A stretch of 63,939 nucleotides of DNA, counting the filler, from Lenisia limosa (taxonomy: Eukaryota; Protista; Breviatea), in assembly GCA_001655205.1 (NCBI GenBank). It is 18 parts of 18 records of this genome, joined end to end, with 100 filler letters (N's around TTAATTAATTAA, not from the genome) between each part and the next. Parts side by side here need not be neighbours in the genome. Positions count along the whole stretch, not along the records: positions 23,620 to 27,069 come from LPNZ01007976.1; positions 27,170 to 28,461 come from LPNZ01005657.1; positions 28,562 to 30,919 come from LPNZ01008608.1; positions 31,020 to 35,797 come from LPNZ01003496.1; positions 35,898 to 42,801 come from LPNZ01006222.1; 13 more parts are not named here. The stretch is one strand, 5' to 3'. Of this stretch, positions 26,601-39,100 are shown in pieces. Under the pieces are notes generated by a model. The model searched no databases and was not told the DNA's origin. It was given only the letters and a program-made list of their open reading frames with translations. Within the stretch, counting starts at the first letter, position 1. Each line of letters opens with the position of its first letter. Both the position numbers and the translations under genes were made by a program.

Positions 26601-27069
26601 AAAAAAAAGCCCAAAATCAACTCTGTTGGCTGACNNNNNNNNNNNNNNNNNNNNNNNNNNNNNNNNNNNNNNNNNNNNNNNNNNNNNNNNNNNNNNNNNN
26701 NNNNNNNNNNNNNNNNNNNNNNNNNNNNNNNNNNNNNNNNNNNNNNNNNNNNNNNNNNNNNNNNNNNNNNNNNNNNNNNNNNNNNNNNNNNNNNNNNNNN
26801 NNNNNNNNNNNNNNNNNNNNNNNNNNNNNNNNNNNNNNNNNNNNNNNNNNNNNNNNNNNNNNNNNNNNNNNNNNNNNNNNNNNNNNNNNNNNNNNNNNNC
26901 ATAAGCACAAAAAAAAAAGATGTGCACCCAATATTGAAATAAATGCAAAATAATTGTAACTATTCCAAAAAATGGGTCAAATAGGTGACTTTGCACAAAC
27001 TTACCGCTTTTGGTAAGTAGGCGGGCCAAAGCGCTCATTGAGACTATTGCAGACTCCAGATTTTGGGCT
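23686..27069 (-). CDS. Armadillo/HEAT-repeat protein, internal exons
   Basis: EEARNALDAEMVDVILVSLSLYLESQTFVFASLTALR; DDLCDLLIQNDVHGLAFSVSDRHRSNGRLFLKTLAFFSTL; AKLALLVLHILREIP. Confidence 0.55.
23761..23912 (-). repeat. Intron 3'-end cassette, module A followed by module C
   Basis: Sense ttgttgttatcaaccctcgtgtgtag..gttgattttgg ... cgtgattaataccttcacgccaatattcttcatcgaaatttccctcgttttaccctcc, about 25 nt before the acceptor. Confidence 0.8.
26572..26634 (-). repeat. Intron 3'-end cassette, module A
   Basis: Sense gtcagccaacagagttgattttgggc..ttttccaatcacccccccAG at the acceptor. Confidence 0.8.
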
Positions 27070-27169
27070 NNNNNNNNNNNNNNNNNNNNNNNNNNNNNNN
27101 NNNNNNNNNNNNNTTAATTAATTAANNNNNNNNNNNNNNNNNNNNNNNNNNNNNNNNNNNNNNNNNNNN
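27070..27169. other. Artificial scaffold spacer
   Basis: 44N+TTAATTAATTAA+44N. Confidence 0.97.
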
Positions 27170-27409
27170 AGATGAAATCGGAGTTAGACCCGCCGGCGAA
27201 CAGGGAAGGGGGAGGGGGGCAAGATATATATGTACTACATGTACAATATACAATATATGTACATACATATGGTATACAATATATATCATATATCAATATG
27301 TAGTATATACATGTAGCAATGAGAAATAAACAATAAGGATGTATCTGGCCGAGGCAAATGAAAAACTTTACAGTGACCGCGATAAGTCTTGACCAATTTT
27401 CCTTGATAG

Positions 27410-28104
27410 TTCGGACCAGTGTGAAGCCCTAGAATTATGCCACCTTTCTGACTGCCTAGATTCGAACTCTCCCGAAGGTCTTCTGTTTCTTTAATGGTGG
27501 GGGAGGGACCTTCTGTTTCTTGGTGGCGGAGGGACTTTTATTCTCCAAATTACATGTATTCTCTTATGAGCGTGATGATGGTGTGGACAGCTTCAGCCGG
27601 ATTCAACGTTTTTTTTATATTATTTCAAATTTAATTAAATAACGGTCCATCCAGGCGAGGCTACCAGTAGTCTCCCGGACCATGCCGACGTATCCGGCCC
27701 GCTTTTGATGGAAATGATCCGAAGATCTCTGATCCCGATAAATGACGTTTACCATGAAACTTGGAAGGTGGGGAGAGGTTGTGTCCCGGTGTGGTCAAAT
27801 ATTGTTACAATTTTATGATGGGGGAGAGGTTGGGTCCCGGTGTGGTCAAATATTGTTACAATTTTATGATGGGGGAGAGGTTGGGTCCCGGGTGTAACGA
27901 TTTCGGTAATCCCTTCTTGAGGTAAGCTCAAAAAAAAGACCATCTAACATATTAATACTGTCCTTATTTTTACTTTGTATAACTCCCCATAGAACACTGC
28001 TCGTAGCGTCCTCTCCGAAGGCCGAGTCTTTGCTATGGTAGTTCTGCCCTACCGCGTGGACCAAAAGCAGTCACCCGTCCTTTTGCTGCATGTCCGGTGG
28101 GGGG
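27410..28104 (+). CDS. Hypothetical protein, internal exons
   Basis: GEATSSLPDHADVSGPLLMEMIRRSLIPINDVYHETWK| and NTARSVLSEGRVFAMVVLPYRVDQKQSPVLLLHV|, with GTGGGG donors. Confidence 0.45.
27769..27892 (+). repeat. ~51-bp intronic tandem repeat x2.4 starting at a splice donor
   Basis: Unit ggggagaggttgggtcccggtgtggtcaaatattgttacaattttatgat. Confidence 0.9.
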
Positions 28105-28252
28105 TGAGATCGCAACGAGAAAAGGGGCAGTTCGGGTACATAAACATTTTTACGTTTTTTAAGTACCTACTCAAGAGGAGGTACTTAGAAATTTGTAAAT
28201 TTACGTAATATCAATTTTTGGGAACCCGAATGCGAACTTTACAACTTTTACG

Positions 28253-28461
28253 TATCAACTCTCGTGCGTTGTCAGCCAACCGAGTTGATTTGGGTTTTTT
28301 TGTTTCATAAATTTTCCAGTTTTACTTTACTCCTACCTCTCCCTAAAGAGATAATTCGTTTCGTGATTAGTACCTTTACGCCAATATTCTTCATCGAAAT
28401 TTCCTTCGTTTTATTACGCTGGAGTGATGGGATGAGGTGCTGACTAGCCTGGGCTTCGTTT
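28253..28461 (+). repeat. Composite cassette A - C - linker - start of A
   Basis: tatcaactctcgtgcgttgtcagccaaccgagttgatttggg..cataaattttccagtttt / agataattcgtttcgtgattagtacctttacgccaatattcttcatcgaaatttcc / gctggagtgatgggatgaggtgc / gactagcctgggcttcgttt. Confidence 0.85.
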
Positions 28462-28561
28462 NNNNNNNNNNNNNNNNNNNNNNNNNNNNNNNNNNNNNNN
28501 NNNNNTTAATTAATTAANNNNNNNNNNNNNNNNNNNNNNNNNNNNNNNNNNNNNNNNNNNN
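28462..28561. other. Artificial scaffold spacer
   Basis: 44N+TTAATTAATTAA+44N. Confidence 0.97.
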
Positions 28562-30318
28562 CATATGGACTGGACAATGAAGCAACGGTTCCAACTACTT
28601 GACGACTCATATCTCTACCTTCGTGTTCGGTGGGTGTTGGGTCCCTTGCAATCCTTGTTAAACAATATTGAGGTTGAGTATAGTCTTGATTAAGTGTGAG
28701 TAATGGGAGTTGAGGCAAAGGAGCTTGATGCCTATCGTATCCTTCTTCACCCTTCAGATGGAGTGTTCGATCTTCGGCAGTTATGACATGTACCCCGAAC
28801 CAACAAAAGAAAAAGAAAAATGCACGACTTATTCAAGAGTGTCTTGATGTTAAGAAGAGGCTTGAGAAGCATGTCTTGGCGCAATTAGAGCTTGGTGAGA
28901 GATGTTCACTTCTTGTTTGTGAATCAATAGTTTTTTATCTTCCCTCTCTGATGGGCAATATCCTTTGCTTACAATAGCAGGAGTTGATTTTGGCGGTCCC
29001 CAGACTGAAATGGCGATGAAGCACATGATTGAAGCTGAGGCCCTCTATCAGGAACTTGCGCTCGAATATGTACACGCCCTTCAGGTTTGTCATTTTCTGC
29101 CTCATTCAGCTTGCTGGTAGTAAAATCTAAAGATTGAAATGTGTACACTCCTCACCCCCTAGACCGTTGGAGTAGTTCTGCAACACAACGTTAACAATAG
29201 TGACTCTCGTTCACAATCCTCCATCGGAGTAACTGCCATTGCCGACGCCCGGGCCTTGCTCTTGTCACGTGACCCCATGGCCACTGTAATGCGTCTCCAA
29301 CGAAAGGATGTCCCCCCGGCAGCCAGCAGCATGGAGGAACTTTTGAGGAAAAAAATCCAAGTACCAGGGAATTCTCAGTCCTTTTTTGTTACCCTCTTTG
29401 GTCTATTTCCATATTGGTTCCCATATCTTTGCGTGTCATGCTTTCCTGTTAGGTTTTTAACGATTTAGTCGGTTCCGGTAACTGGACAGTCGGTTGAGAT
29501 ACGAGACATTCCATCTCCATATTACCCGGGCCGCTACAGGTTGGACAAGTCTTACTCCTTTTGTTGCTCGTGTTTTGGATTGTATCTTCAGTTCCAGGCT
29601 GCATTTCCTCTGTTACCTCCCCTCAGGGTGGACCTTTCAAGTCGGTTCTGGAAGAGAGAAACGAGTAGTCGTGTGTCACGCCTTGATGGTGACGGCTTCC
29701 GACACATTGAATACAGCGCCTTAGCCGGCAACCTCACAAGAACGGCCAGATGTTCCCCCATGTGGAAGGATGTCACATCGTTTGACTGGCCTGTATGCTT
29801 GACAATTATTAATACTATGTCCCTCAGAATAGGGATTACTCAAACTATCTTCATCATACACCATATTATTACGTGGGAGATATTTATCATCAATTCAGGA
29901 TGTTGGAGCGGGCTACCCGGATTCACGCGAAGTTGGCGCACACGTTGACCTCGTAAGCATCAAGGTTGGGTGCTGGCTTGAGCCGAAGGACTGGGGAAAT
30001 GGCTGACTCATTAGAGCAAGACGGAGCCTTGTTGGAGAAAGGAGAGCCACAAACGCGAAATGAGCCGTCACTTGACTACAAGTACCCTTCGTCTTCCCGG
30101 CGGCGCTGACATCTTCTCTGAAGTTAAAATCAAGGTTTGCTCTTCTTATTCTAATTCTTTTTCTATTGCACAAGTCCATTTTGCCCAATATCCGTTTTTC
30201 ACCTCCGTAGGTTGCCTGGAACAATAAGGAGTCAATATCCGACGTTGTCCCCTCATGGCACCCGACTGAGAGGATCATGGCCCGCAAAAAGACAATTGAG
30301 CCGCAAGAAGAGGCCTAG
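28562..30318 (+). CDS. Hypothetical protein, 3' part
   Basis: Phase-consistent exons from GVDFGGPQTEMAMKHMIEAEALYQELALEYVHALQ through VAWNNKESISDVVPSWHPTERIMARKKTIEPQEEA*. No family recognised. Confidence 0.6.
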
Positions 30319-30919
30319 TCTTTTTGTTATTATTTATAAAAAGGGCTTATGAATGTTTTATATGGAAAAATGTGTTCACGGCATATTCACAACCTTGATA
30401 AACAAACAATCTACATTCAAAAATACAACGAAACAGGGGGGGGGGGNNNNNNNNNNNNNNNNNNNNNNNNNNNNNNNNNNNNNNNATAATAATAATAATA
30501 AACAACCAGTGCAACGATGTCAGGCTTGAACAATTGAAACAATCCTCCTTACCTTAGCGTCTACAGCAACAATTTTGACTTTAGTCATATAGAGGGATTT
30601 GTTCTCCAAAAATAGGGTGCCATTTTCGAGGAAAAAAGTCCAAACACCATCGCATAATCGGTAGTTACTGCATTTGCCCTTGAAGAGTAAGAGAAGAGAA
30701 TAAAGAAAACTGTGTGAAGCAATCTTGTTTTCAGCAACGTTTCATATTAACATATTTTCACAATTCCATAAAGTACTCTTTGTTTCATAATACTGATTTA
30801 TTACCAAATAATAGGTAGCTGAAAGATAAAACTCAATCATTACCGTTCAGAACTGGCACTCTGATTGGAGTAAAATTATCTATCGATATATATTATAAGA
30901 TATCCCATATTATATACTA

Positions 30920-31019
30920 NNNNNNNNNNNNNNNNNNNNNNNNNNNNNNNNNNNNNNNNNNNNTTAATTAATTAANNNNNNNNNNNNNNNNNNNNNNNNN
31001 NNNNNNNNNNNNNNNNNNN
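30920..31019. other. Artificial scaffold spacer
   Basis: 44N+TTAATTAATTAA+44N. Confidence 0.97.
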
Positions 31020-31138
31020 TGTGTTTGTGACCTAAAATATCAAGGAAAAAGTGACCTTTGAACGTTTGACTGAATAATCAATAGTGGAGGATTCTAGCAC
31101 CTTATTAAAGCGATTTATACATCTGTTAAGGAGACCCA

Positions 31139-33677
31139 CGGGATTTGGCAGCGCGAGCCAGTGTTGTCAATCCACCCTCCACAAGGCCTGGGTCAGAGGT
31201 TGTCAACAGTGACGCGATTGTGCTGAGAGAAGTGGGGTTGAGCCGGGATATTGCCTCACCTGTGGGTAGGGGAAGGTAAAAGGGGAAAATGAGAAGTTCT
31301 GACCTAAGCTCATAACTTCTATCATGATCATTTTTCTCTCACCATCAGTCGTCAGGGCAGCCAAAAACATTGAAGCGCTCACATGTACAGCGGCGGCCTC
31401 TTCGGAATTCAGAATCTGGGGGTGAGATGGACAATCCAATCCAGATAGAAACCCAAAAATCGTTGTGATAGTGAAGAAGCAACTCTACTCTCCCCAACTC
31501 AACAATACTGTTAGATAATCCCGCGTACTTCAAAGCAGCTCTCAACAGCATTGTCAGCGATGAGTTTCTGTTTCGACTGCACTGGGAGGGTAAGAGAGTG
31601 GTGCATTTCGAAGGGAATCACCTTCCGTTAGTGTTCAAATTTACCCCCTCCCCCCTTGGCCCAACAATAAAATCACTGATGTCAAGAGGATTTTTCATGA
31701 TTTGCTGGAAAAAGGTATTACACCCTTCAGCCATACCATCCTCCGTCAGTCGTGTACACGCCTCCACTGCGAGAATTTGGATTTCGTCATCTTCACTCGT
31801 GGTTGCAATTCGCAGGCATTCCTGTAAGCCGCTGCCTTCTCTTAGGGTAATGCGGGACTGGTCTAAATCCGGTTATTTTTCCATTTTGGTAATCAATGAA
31901 TCAGGTCGATCCTTTGCTATCTTGCGCATTATGGTCTAATCTGTTATGTCTGTTGTGGAGGAACATAAAGATGTGAACACAGAATTGGAAGGCCTTGGTA
32001 TGGATCACTTCAGCAAGATATTTCTCATTTCAACATAACAGATGTCTTTTTTAACAAAAGTAGCTCGTGGAGCTTTACTGTACCATTTCTAATTAACCCC
32101 TAACATTCTTTGGTCACAAGATGGATTATTTGAAGAGCTAAACGAGAGGTGACATGATCTTCATGAGCAAGGAGGGACACCAGTGTAACAAGTCCCTTAT
32201 TTGACTCAATGTCAGCAGCACCAGATACTGAAAATGGTTAAAAGAACAAGGTTGCTTCAAGGCTCTCAACAAGAATCCACAACACGCAACCTTAGGAAAA
32301 TAAAATGACCCCCCCCCCTCCCTCCTACAATCGTCAGCAAACTGTACGAGAGAGAGAAGACAAAGCTCCTTAATGTCAGGGTCGGATGATGTAATGCCAG
32401 AAACACACTCTTTAATAGCGCCTTAAACGGTCACAATGTAGTCAATCCAGCCAGGACCATATCCTTAAAATGCAAAAAAAAAAAAGGCACTCTATATTTA
32501 TATAATATATATATCATATATATCTGATTTAAAAAACATTTTTTGATATATACTATATTATATTATATTATATACTATATAATATATATCAGAGGGGGAA
32601 GAACAATAAGAGAATTTGGAAAATAAAGAATCTGACGTTCAGAGCATACCTGCTTTTCTAAGCTGCAATCTATGGGTTTTATCTCCGTGGCTCAGGGCAT
32701 TGAGGCAGTAGAAGGCGGATCGTTTGATTTCAATGTTGCCATTGCGACAAAGAGGGACTTAGGAACGGTTAGAGACCGGTTTGGGGAATATATAATCTTA
32801 AATGTTCATATACTGTGTGATGTGATAATGAATCGGTTTCCCTTCAGAAATTCAAGACTTACCATGGCCATTGTGTCATCCCTATTAGCAATATCCTTTT
32901 CAATTTTATATTTATATTTCCATTTTTGGGTTTGTCCCTACCAATATGTTTTATGATTCCGGACTCCACAACTTCAGTTCTTCCAGCTGAGTCTAAAGGA
33001 CAATGTAAAAGGACCAAAGAGCATCGGTTTGTAAACTATTGGACAGCAGCAGGTAAATGAAATACTGAGCCCTCACCTCTGAGGGCCCGCGTCCCAACTG
33101 CTTCTAGTAGAATGGGGAGGGCCTCTTCATCCCCGGAAGCAATGACAGCAACAGCGCTAGCAACAGACGAAATCATCACAGATACGGGAAAGAGGGTATG
33201 CTGTAAGTGGGTAGTCAGATAAGATAGGTGACGTTTGGTGATAACACGCCCTAGTCTTGTGGACTCGCGTTCCTGTTTTACTCTGACAGTTAAAACCCGG
33301 GTAATGATTGTTTTTTTTTGGTGAAAAGTGCCTAGACCTATAGAATCATATGAAATAACACTATATTTAATTCATGTGATATCATAGTCATAATAAAATT
33401 GGAATAGCGAAAAGGTATGAAGTTTCAAAAATAACGTTTGCCTATCATCAGAGACAGAGCTCAGCCCGGCTCTCACCATTCTGTCATCTCTGTAATCTCC
33501 ACCTTCATCATCTGAGGCCTGGCTTTCGAGGTCTGCTCTTCTCAGCCGACCAGCGCCCAGGTTTTGTGAGCTTGGTGCGATGAGAGTCTCTATTCGGTCA
33601 TTGAAAATGCTTTTTATTTGATTATTTAACCTGAAAATCATACCTTTAGTCTTCTTTTTGGCCCGTTTAAGCACCAT
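31139..33677 (-). CDS. Armadillo-repeat protein, 5' part (ATG at 33677)
   Basis: MVLKRAKKKTK|..NGNIEIKRSAFYCLNALSHGDKTHRLQLRKA|GAIKECVSGITSSDPDIKELCLLSLVQFADD..GLVTLVSLLAHEDHVTSRLALQIIHLV..SGLQECLRIATTSEDDEIQILAVEAC. Confidence 0.7.
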
Positions 33678-33996
33678 TTTGGTTTATAATAATTGGGAAG
33701 TCAAAATTTGATATATTGATGGATTAGTTTATTTTTTTTAACGTTTATTAATAAATGCTATTGTTTGCCTTTGATTCTTTGATTATCGGGCGGGGAGAAA
33801 AGTTTTTTTTAGAAGTGACATATAAATCGCGCCCCCAGGATATTTTGGTACTATTTTTGTGCATTTCGCGAAAACGCCTCAAGAAATTCCACAGAAATAG
33901 TTGAATAGTTGGGTACGGATATTGTGAGGGACAAGAAGACCTTGTTATTTTCTTGTATTTAGCAAGAAGTCCAATTTTCGATCTGGTTCTATCAGG

Positions 33997-35650
33997 ATGT
34001 CAAATCTAGACGTTTCTAAGTCCGTCAGGTAGGTCATTAACTTAACTAAGCACACTCACTAACTTCCTTTTTTTGTAGGGACTATTTCACTAAAATTGTA
34101 AGCCTGCCCTCGGCTCTCTTTGTCCTTCTAATATTATATTTTAGCTTTCTGAAGTTCAGGGAATGAAGATTCTCCTTGTTGACGAGGAGACGGTGAGATC
34201 CTCCTCAAACCAACCATTCTGATTTATCGTTTTTTTCTTATGTTGTAGACTGGTATCATTTCTATGGTGTATACACAAAGTCAAATTTTGGAGCATGAAG
34301 TGGGTTTGGCTGAAAGAAAACCCTCTTTGGATTTGTGGTAGTTTTTTAGGAAGACACCTTGTAAATGAAACAAAATGATATTGTGTCGGGTTTATCAGCC
34401 TAGGTATATCTTGTTGACAGAATTGATGGTGCTCGCGAACGTATGCCCCATCTGAAGTGCATTTCCTTCCTCAGACCAACTGGTACGGTTTCAAAATAAC
34501 AGTCAGTTTCCTCGCAATTAATAATATCAATATATGTCTCGGCAACTAACTGAAAAAGAATAGCCTTGAGATCATATTTTACATGTCATATTATTCATCT
34601 AATTTCTATATTAAGTAGAATTCCGGTGGGGAGAGGTATTCTTATGATTGTTTGAATGTGTTTTTTTTTTGATGTTTTCATCATTCCTGAACTTTTTTTT
34701 TTTTTTTTTTTTTTTNNNNNNNNNNNNNNNNNNNNNNNNNNNNNNNNNNNNNNNNNNNNNNNNNNNNNNNNNNNNNNNNNNNNNNNNNNNNNNNNNNNNN
34801 NNNNNNNNNNNNNNNNNNNNNNNNNNNNNNNNNNNNNNNNNNNNNNNNNNNNNNNNNNNNNNNNNNNNNNNNNNNNNNNNNNNNNNNNNCCCATTTCTTT
34901 TTTCTTGTACGGGGTCTTTTTTTAAGCACTCTGTTTTCGTATTTATAAAGATCTTACCTTTCAGTGTTCAGTAACGAAATCACAAACCAAAAAATTGATG
35001 AGCTCGCAGCGGCTGATATGCACTGTGTTGTCAAACAAGTTTCTGTTTGGGGGAGGGGGGTCTCGACTTCTTCTAGCTTCTTCGTCTTCTCTTCGTTCAC
35101 AGTTTTAGGAGTACTACGCTGACTTTTATGCTATCTCTCCTGAGCTCTACTCGTTGGATATGCATGACACAATGGAGCTCTATGAAGATCGGTAGACAGG
35201 CTTTTAATGTCGATGTGTATTTTTTTGGTCAAATGATTACGTGTTCTAAATTCTTAGATATGACTCTGCCACTCGTGAGAAACTCAACAGGATTGCCGAT
35301 GGTACGTTATTTCACATTTTTGCCGCTTTCACTGCTCTGAATTTAGATTAATTGTGTAATGAAGACGTGGAAGTGTTACTTTGTAGGTATCTGTGCTTCC
35401 CTTCTTGCTCTGAAGCGAACTCCCGTTATTCGCTACGCCAAACATTCAGGATTTTGTGAGAAGCTGGCACATGCTATTGAGGTTTGTCGAGGGTAAATGA
35501 GTAATTATCTATATCCTGAAGTGATATAATTCATATATATAGTAAATGACGTATCGATACTGTTTTTATACATACCCATTCAATGTGTTGAATTTTCTTT
35601 TAGAAAAACATCAGCAAGAACGGTAGCCTCTTCCATTTTGCCAAGAGAGG
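33997..35650 (+). CDS. VPS45: Sec1/Munc18 family protein Vps45, 5' part
   Basis: MSNLDVSKSVRDYFTKILSEVQGMKILLVDEETTGIISMVYTQSQILEHEVYLVDRID..MPHLKCISFLRPT..EYYADFYAI..RIADGICASLLALKRTPVIRY. Confidence 0.92.
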
Positions 35651-35797
35651 TTTGAATAGGTGGATTCTTTCGGATTTTCTGATTCACAGAAATTCGCTTT
35701 AGCTTAACTTTTAATCACAAAAAACCGATAATTATGCATAATATGCTAATATTGGAGCATTATTAAAAGAAAACAGAGTCAGTGATTTGATTTGTTG

Positions 35798-35897
35798 NNN
35801 NNNNNNNNNNNNNNNNNNNNNNNNNNNNNNNNNNNNNNNNNTTAATTAATTAANNNNNNNNNNNNNNNNNNNNNNNNNNNNNNNNNNNNNNNNNNNN
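35798..35897. other. Artificial scaffold spacer
   Basis: 44N+TTAATTAATTAA+44N. Confidence 0.97.
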
Positions 35898-35989
35898 GCA
35901 ATTCCCAATAGAGGAATATCAGCTATTATTTTTTTTTATCATGTCGATCGGATTTTTTTGTTTTTGTTTTTTTGTTTGTTTTTTGCAGT

Positions 35990-36118
35990 AAAGTCTCTTC
36001 TGAAACTAGGATCATTAAGATAATCTCTATTGAAATTAGGATCATAGAGATCAAGTCCCTATTGAAACTAGGATCATAAAGAGTAAAGTCTCTTCTATTG
36101 GTGCTAGGATCATAGAGA
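35990..36118 (+). repeat. Degenerate ~30-bp tandem repeat x4
   Basis: Recurring ctattgaaactaggatcatagag. Confidence 0.7.
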
Positions 36119-39100
36119 TCCGGCGGTTGACTGGTGTCTCATCCTGGCAGTCAATTTTGACATGGGCATGTCCAGTCCAGCCAATAACTCCGCTGACTCA
36201 ATGATGTTCGAAATGTCCCAACCCGTGTTTTCTGTTGCCCCTCCCGAGAAGGTGTGTGATAACGAGGGTGAAGAACACTGTTTTGCCTATTGTTTGGTCC
36301 TTTGCTTGTCATTAATGATGGAAATTTGAAGCTATGTGTATGTATGTGGCTTTTCATTTCCCAGCTAAAAACAGAAGCCCAGCCGACTCCTATCAAACCT
36401 GAAGAACCGCCCTTCAACAGCGAACTTATCTTCACGTATGCAAGACTGAACTGACGGATCTGGATTTACCTTTGATTAAGGCTTGGCTATTGGATGAGTC
36501 ATCAATCTGACCATTTCCCCATATTTGACCGTCACGTATCATAGCCATTTCCCCTTATTTGACCGTCACGTATCATAGCCGTTGACTTTTCAGGCCAATT
36601 GTATCTGATAATGTCGACTGCGAAAGCGATGATGACGATTTAGACCAAAACCCACCCCCACTTCCTGATCAACCGGTGTGCTTCTTTGCCCAATTTGATT
36701 AAAACGGGTCCCATTCCAGACTCCTATTTCGTTTAAACTTGAATTTAGATGCTATGGTATCCTTACTTTACCACACTAGCTTTGTTTAGTTTTATTTCTG
36801 TTTATAGTATTTACTTTACATATTGGTGAATATTCTGTCACTTCACAACATAGACACCACCTTCCAAAATCCCTAAAATTGAACCTGAGCGCCCGTTGAA
36901 ACGACCTTCAACTGCCACGTCCCTACAAGTTGGTCAAACTGGGGATATTGGATTTCGATTTGCTTCCAAAGAGAGGATAAATTCTATGGTATATCGATAA
37001 TCAATCTACATGACAATCTTTTTCAAACGAATTGAAGACAGTATGTCCAATGTGATATAATATTAGAATAATACACATGGTAACACAAAGACTGAATTTG
37101 TAATGAATATTCAAAAGGAGTCGTGCAACTAATTGGGCATTTAATAATTTGAAGTGCAACAGATTAGATTGTCACTAGAACTCCATTTCAGACAATTTAG
37201 TGAAATTTGGTCATTTCTCAAAAACGGAGTCCATTTATTATCTCGATGTTTCACCATTATTTTTCTGTCACAAAGGAAACGCTGTTCATATCCCAGGAAG
37301 CACCCTTGCCGCCCTGCCCAGTTCCGACGCCCACGCCCAACGCGATGATAAGTACCACACCGGGCGTGTCACAACACCCCACGGAGTCAAAACCGCCTTC
37401 GCGACGCCCTTCAACTCCCGCTGTGTCTCTGAGAGGTTGGGTGGGGAAAACACTTTGAGGGTGAAATGATGATACAAAAAGCCTAGAATCTACTCTGATG
37501 GGTGGGTGTGATACAACAAAAAAGCAACAATAATAAATAGATATTCTTTTTTGGATTAAACGGGGGGGGGGGTATCAATATAATAGTACCCTACATTGAC
37601 TTTATAGTCACGCCGAAGCCGTCATCATCATCTGGACCCAGCCGGCCAGACCTGGCGTCAAATGGACAGGCGCAGGGTCAGGCCATGAGCTCGTTCGACC
37701 AGCTCGAGTCGGACTCTTCTGCATAGTAAGGATCCTGTTTGTATCATATGTAGTGCCAGATACAACCCCTTTTTTATTATTATATTTATTATTTATTTCT
37801 CATTGCTGGATAAATCCTTGATAAAAATTGATATTATACAAGTCATTTTTGGACCATAGGGAAGCCCTAATTATATGAAGAGAAGACAGGATCGTTTTGT
37901 TTTTATTGTTTTTTTGGCGGGCAGAACCACTTCTCAATCTTTACCCCCAGTGAAAGGCCAATTGCTCTGCTACCAGAGTCACGCAAAAGCTCCCATGGTG
38001 GTGCAAATGATGACCAGGCGATAGACAATGAAGAGTCAGCTGAAAGCGAAGATAGTCAAAGTGATTCGGTGAACGAAATGCTTCCGCGTCTCCCCACACA
38101 ACCAACTCCCGTCACCCCGCTTGCTCCAAAGGTTTGCCGGCGTTTGTTTAAAGACGGACACTTACACTATACCATGCTGGAAAACCTGGCATACCACTGG
38201 TATGGGTGTGGACGGCTTCGGCCANNNNNNNNNNNNNNNNNNCTCATTTCTATATAATACACAGTACCATGATGAATAACCTAATGATGAAAAACCTAGC
38301 ATACCGGCTGTATTGGTTTCTGCAGTTCTCATTCTTTCAGGTTGCTTCTCTGGAGGCCGAGCTATTGCGGCAGAAATCTAATTCGTCTTCCAATGCTCGT
38401 GAGAGGAGTTGGCCAAACTTCTACCATATCCACCACATCCCCCCGCATTCACTCTTCTTGCTTTTCATTATTCTTTTTTGAAGTTTAGTCTCGTTTCAAA
38501 CTGCGACCGTAATAATGATTGACTTTTTATTGACTATTTCAGCTTCCGTCACATCATCAACAAAACCACTGTAAGTGGGCTTCTATTCCATGTTGTTTTA
38601 TCTTGTTGGTTTACGATTCTGGTGCGTACATCGATTCAACTATCATGTGTGTCATGTTTGTTACATATCCTCCACGCTTGAATATTGTTTTATTTTTGGT
38701 CGAAGGTGTATTGTGTTTGGGCCTTATATTCACCCTGTCATGTATCAGGCCGTTTGTTGTGGCCTTCCCAGCGATAAGCACCGGTGTCTACGGGATGAGC
38801 ATTGAGGAGTCCGCAAACATCGCAAAAGAGGTTTGTTTTTTTGTCAATTCTGTTATCAAAGATAGGATTTTCCTCAACAAATCCTTGATAGATATCGATA
38901 TTTCACTCACTTTTTTGAAACGGAACTGAGACTTGGTGGTGAATTAATATTTTTATTATACTATAATCCAATATCTCTTNNNNNNNNNNNNNNNNNNNNN
39001 NNNNNNNNNNNNNNNNNNNNNNNNNNNNNNNNNNNNNNNNNNNNNNNNNNNNNNNNNNNNNNNNNNNNNNNNNNNNNNNNNNNNNNNNNNNNNNNNNNNN

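Noticed and set aside
28030-28066. Minus-strand VHAVGQNYHSKD resembling the macrodomain VIHAVGP motif
   Set aside because: An in-frame TGA lies just upstream with no acceptor in between, and the plus strand has a clean AG/GT-bounded exon over the same bases.
31873-31875. Apparent in-frame TAA in the ARM gene suggesting stop-codon reassignment
   Set aside because: An acceptor (ggatttAG) just downstream starts the exon, so the TAA is intronic. All other exons are open in the standard code, and TAA/TAG are used as stops.
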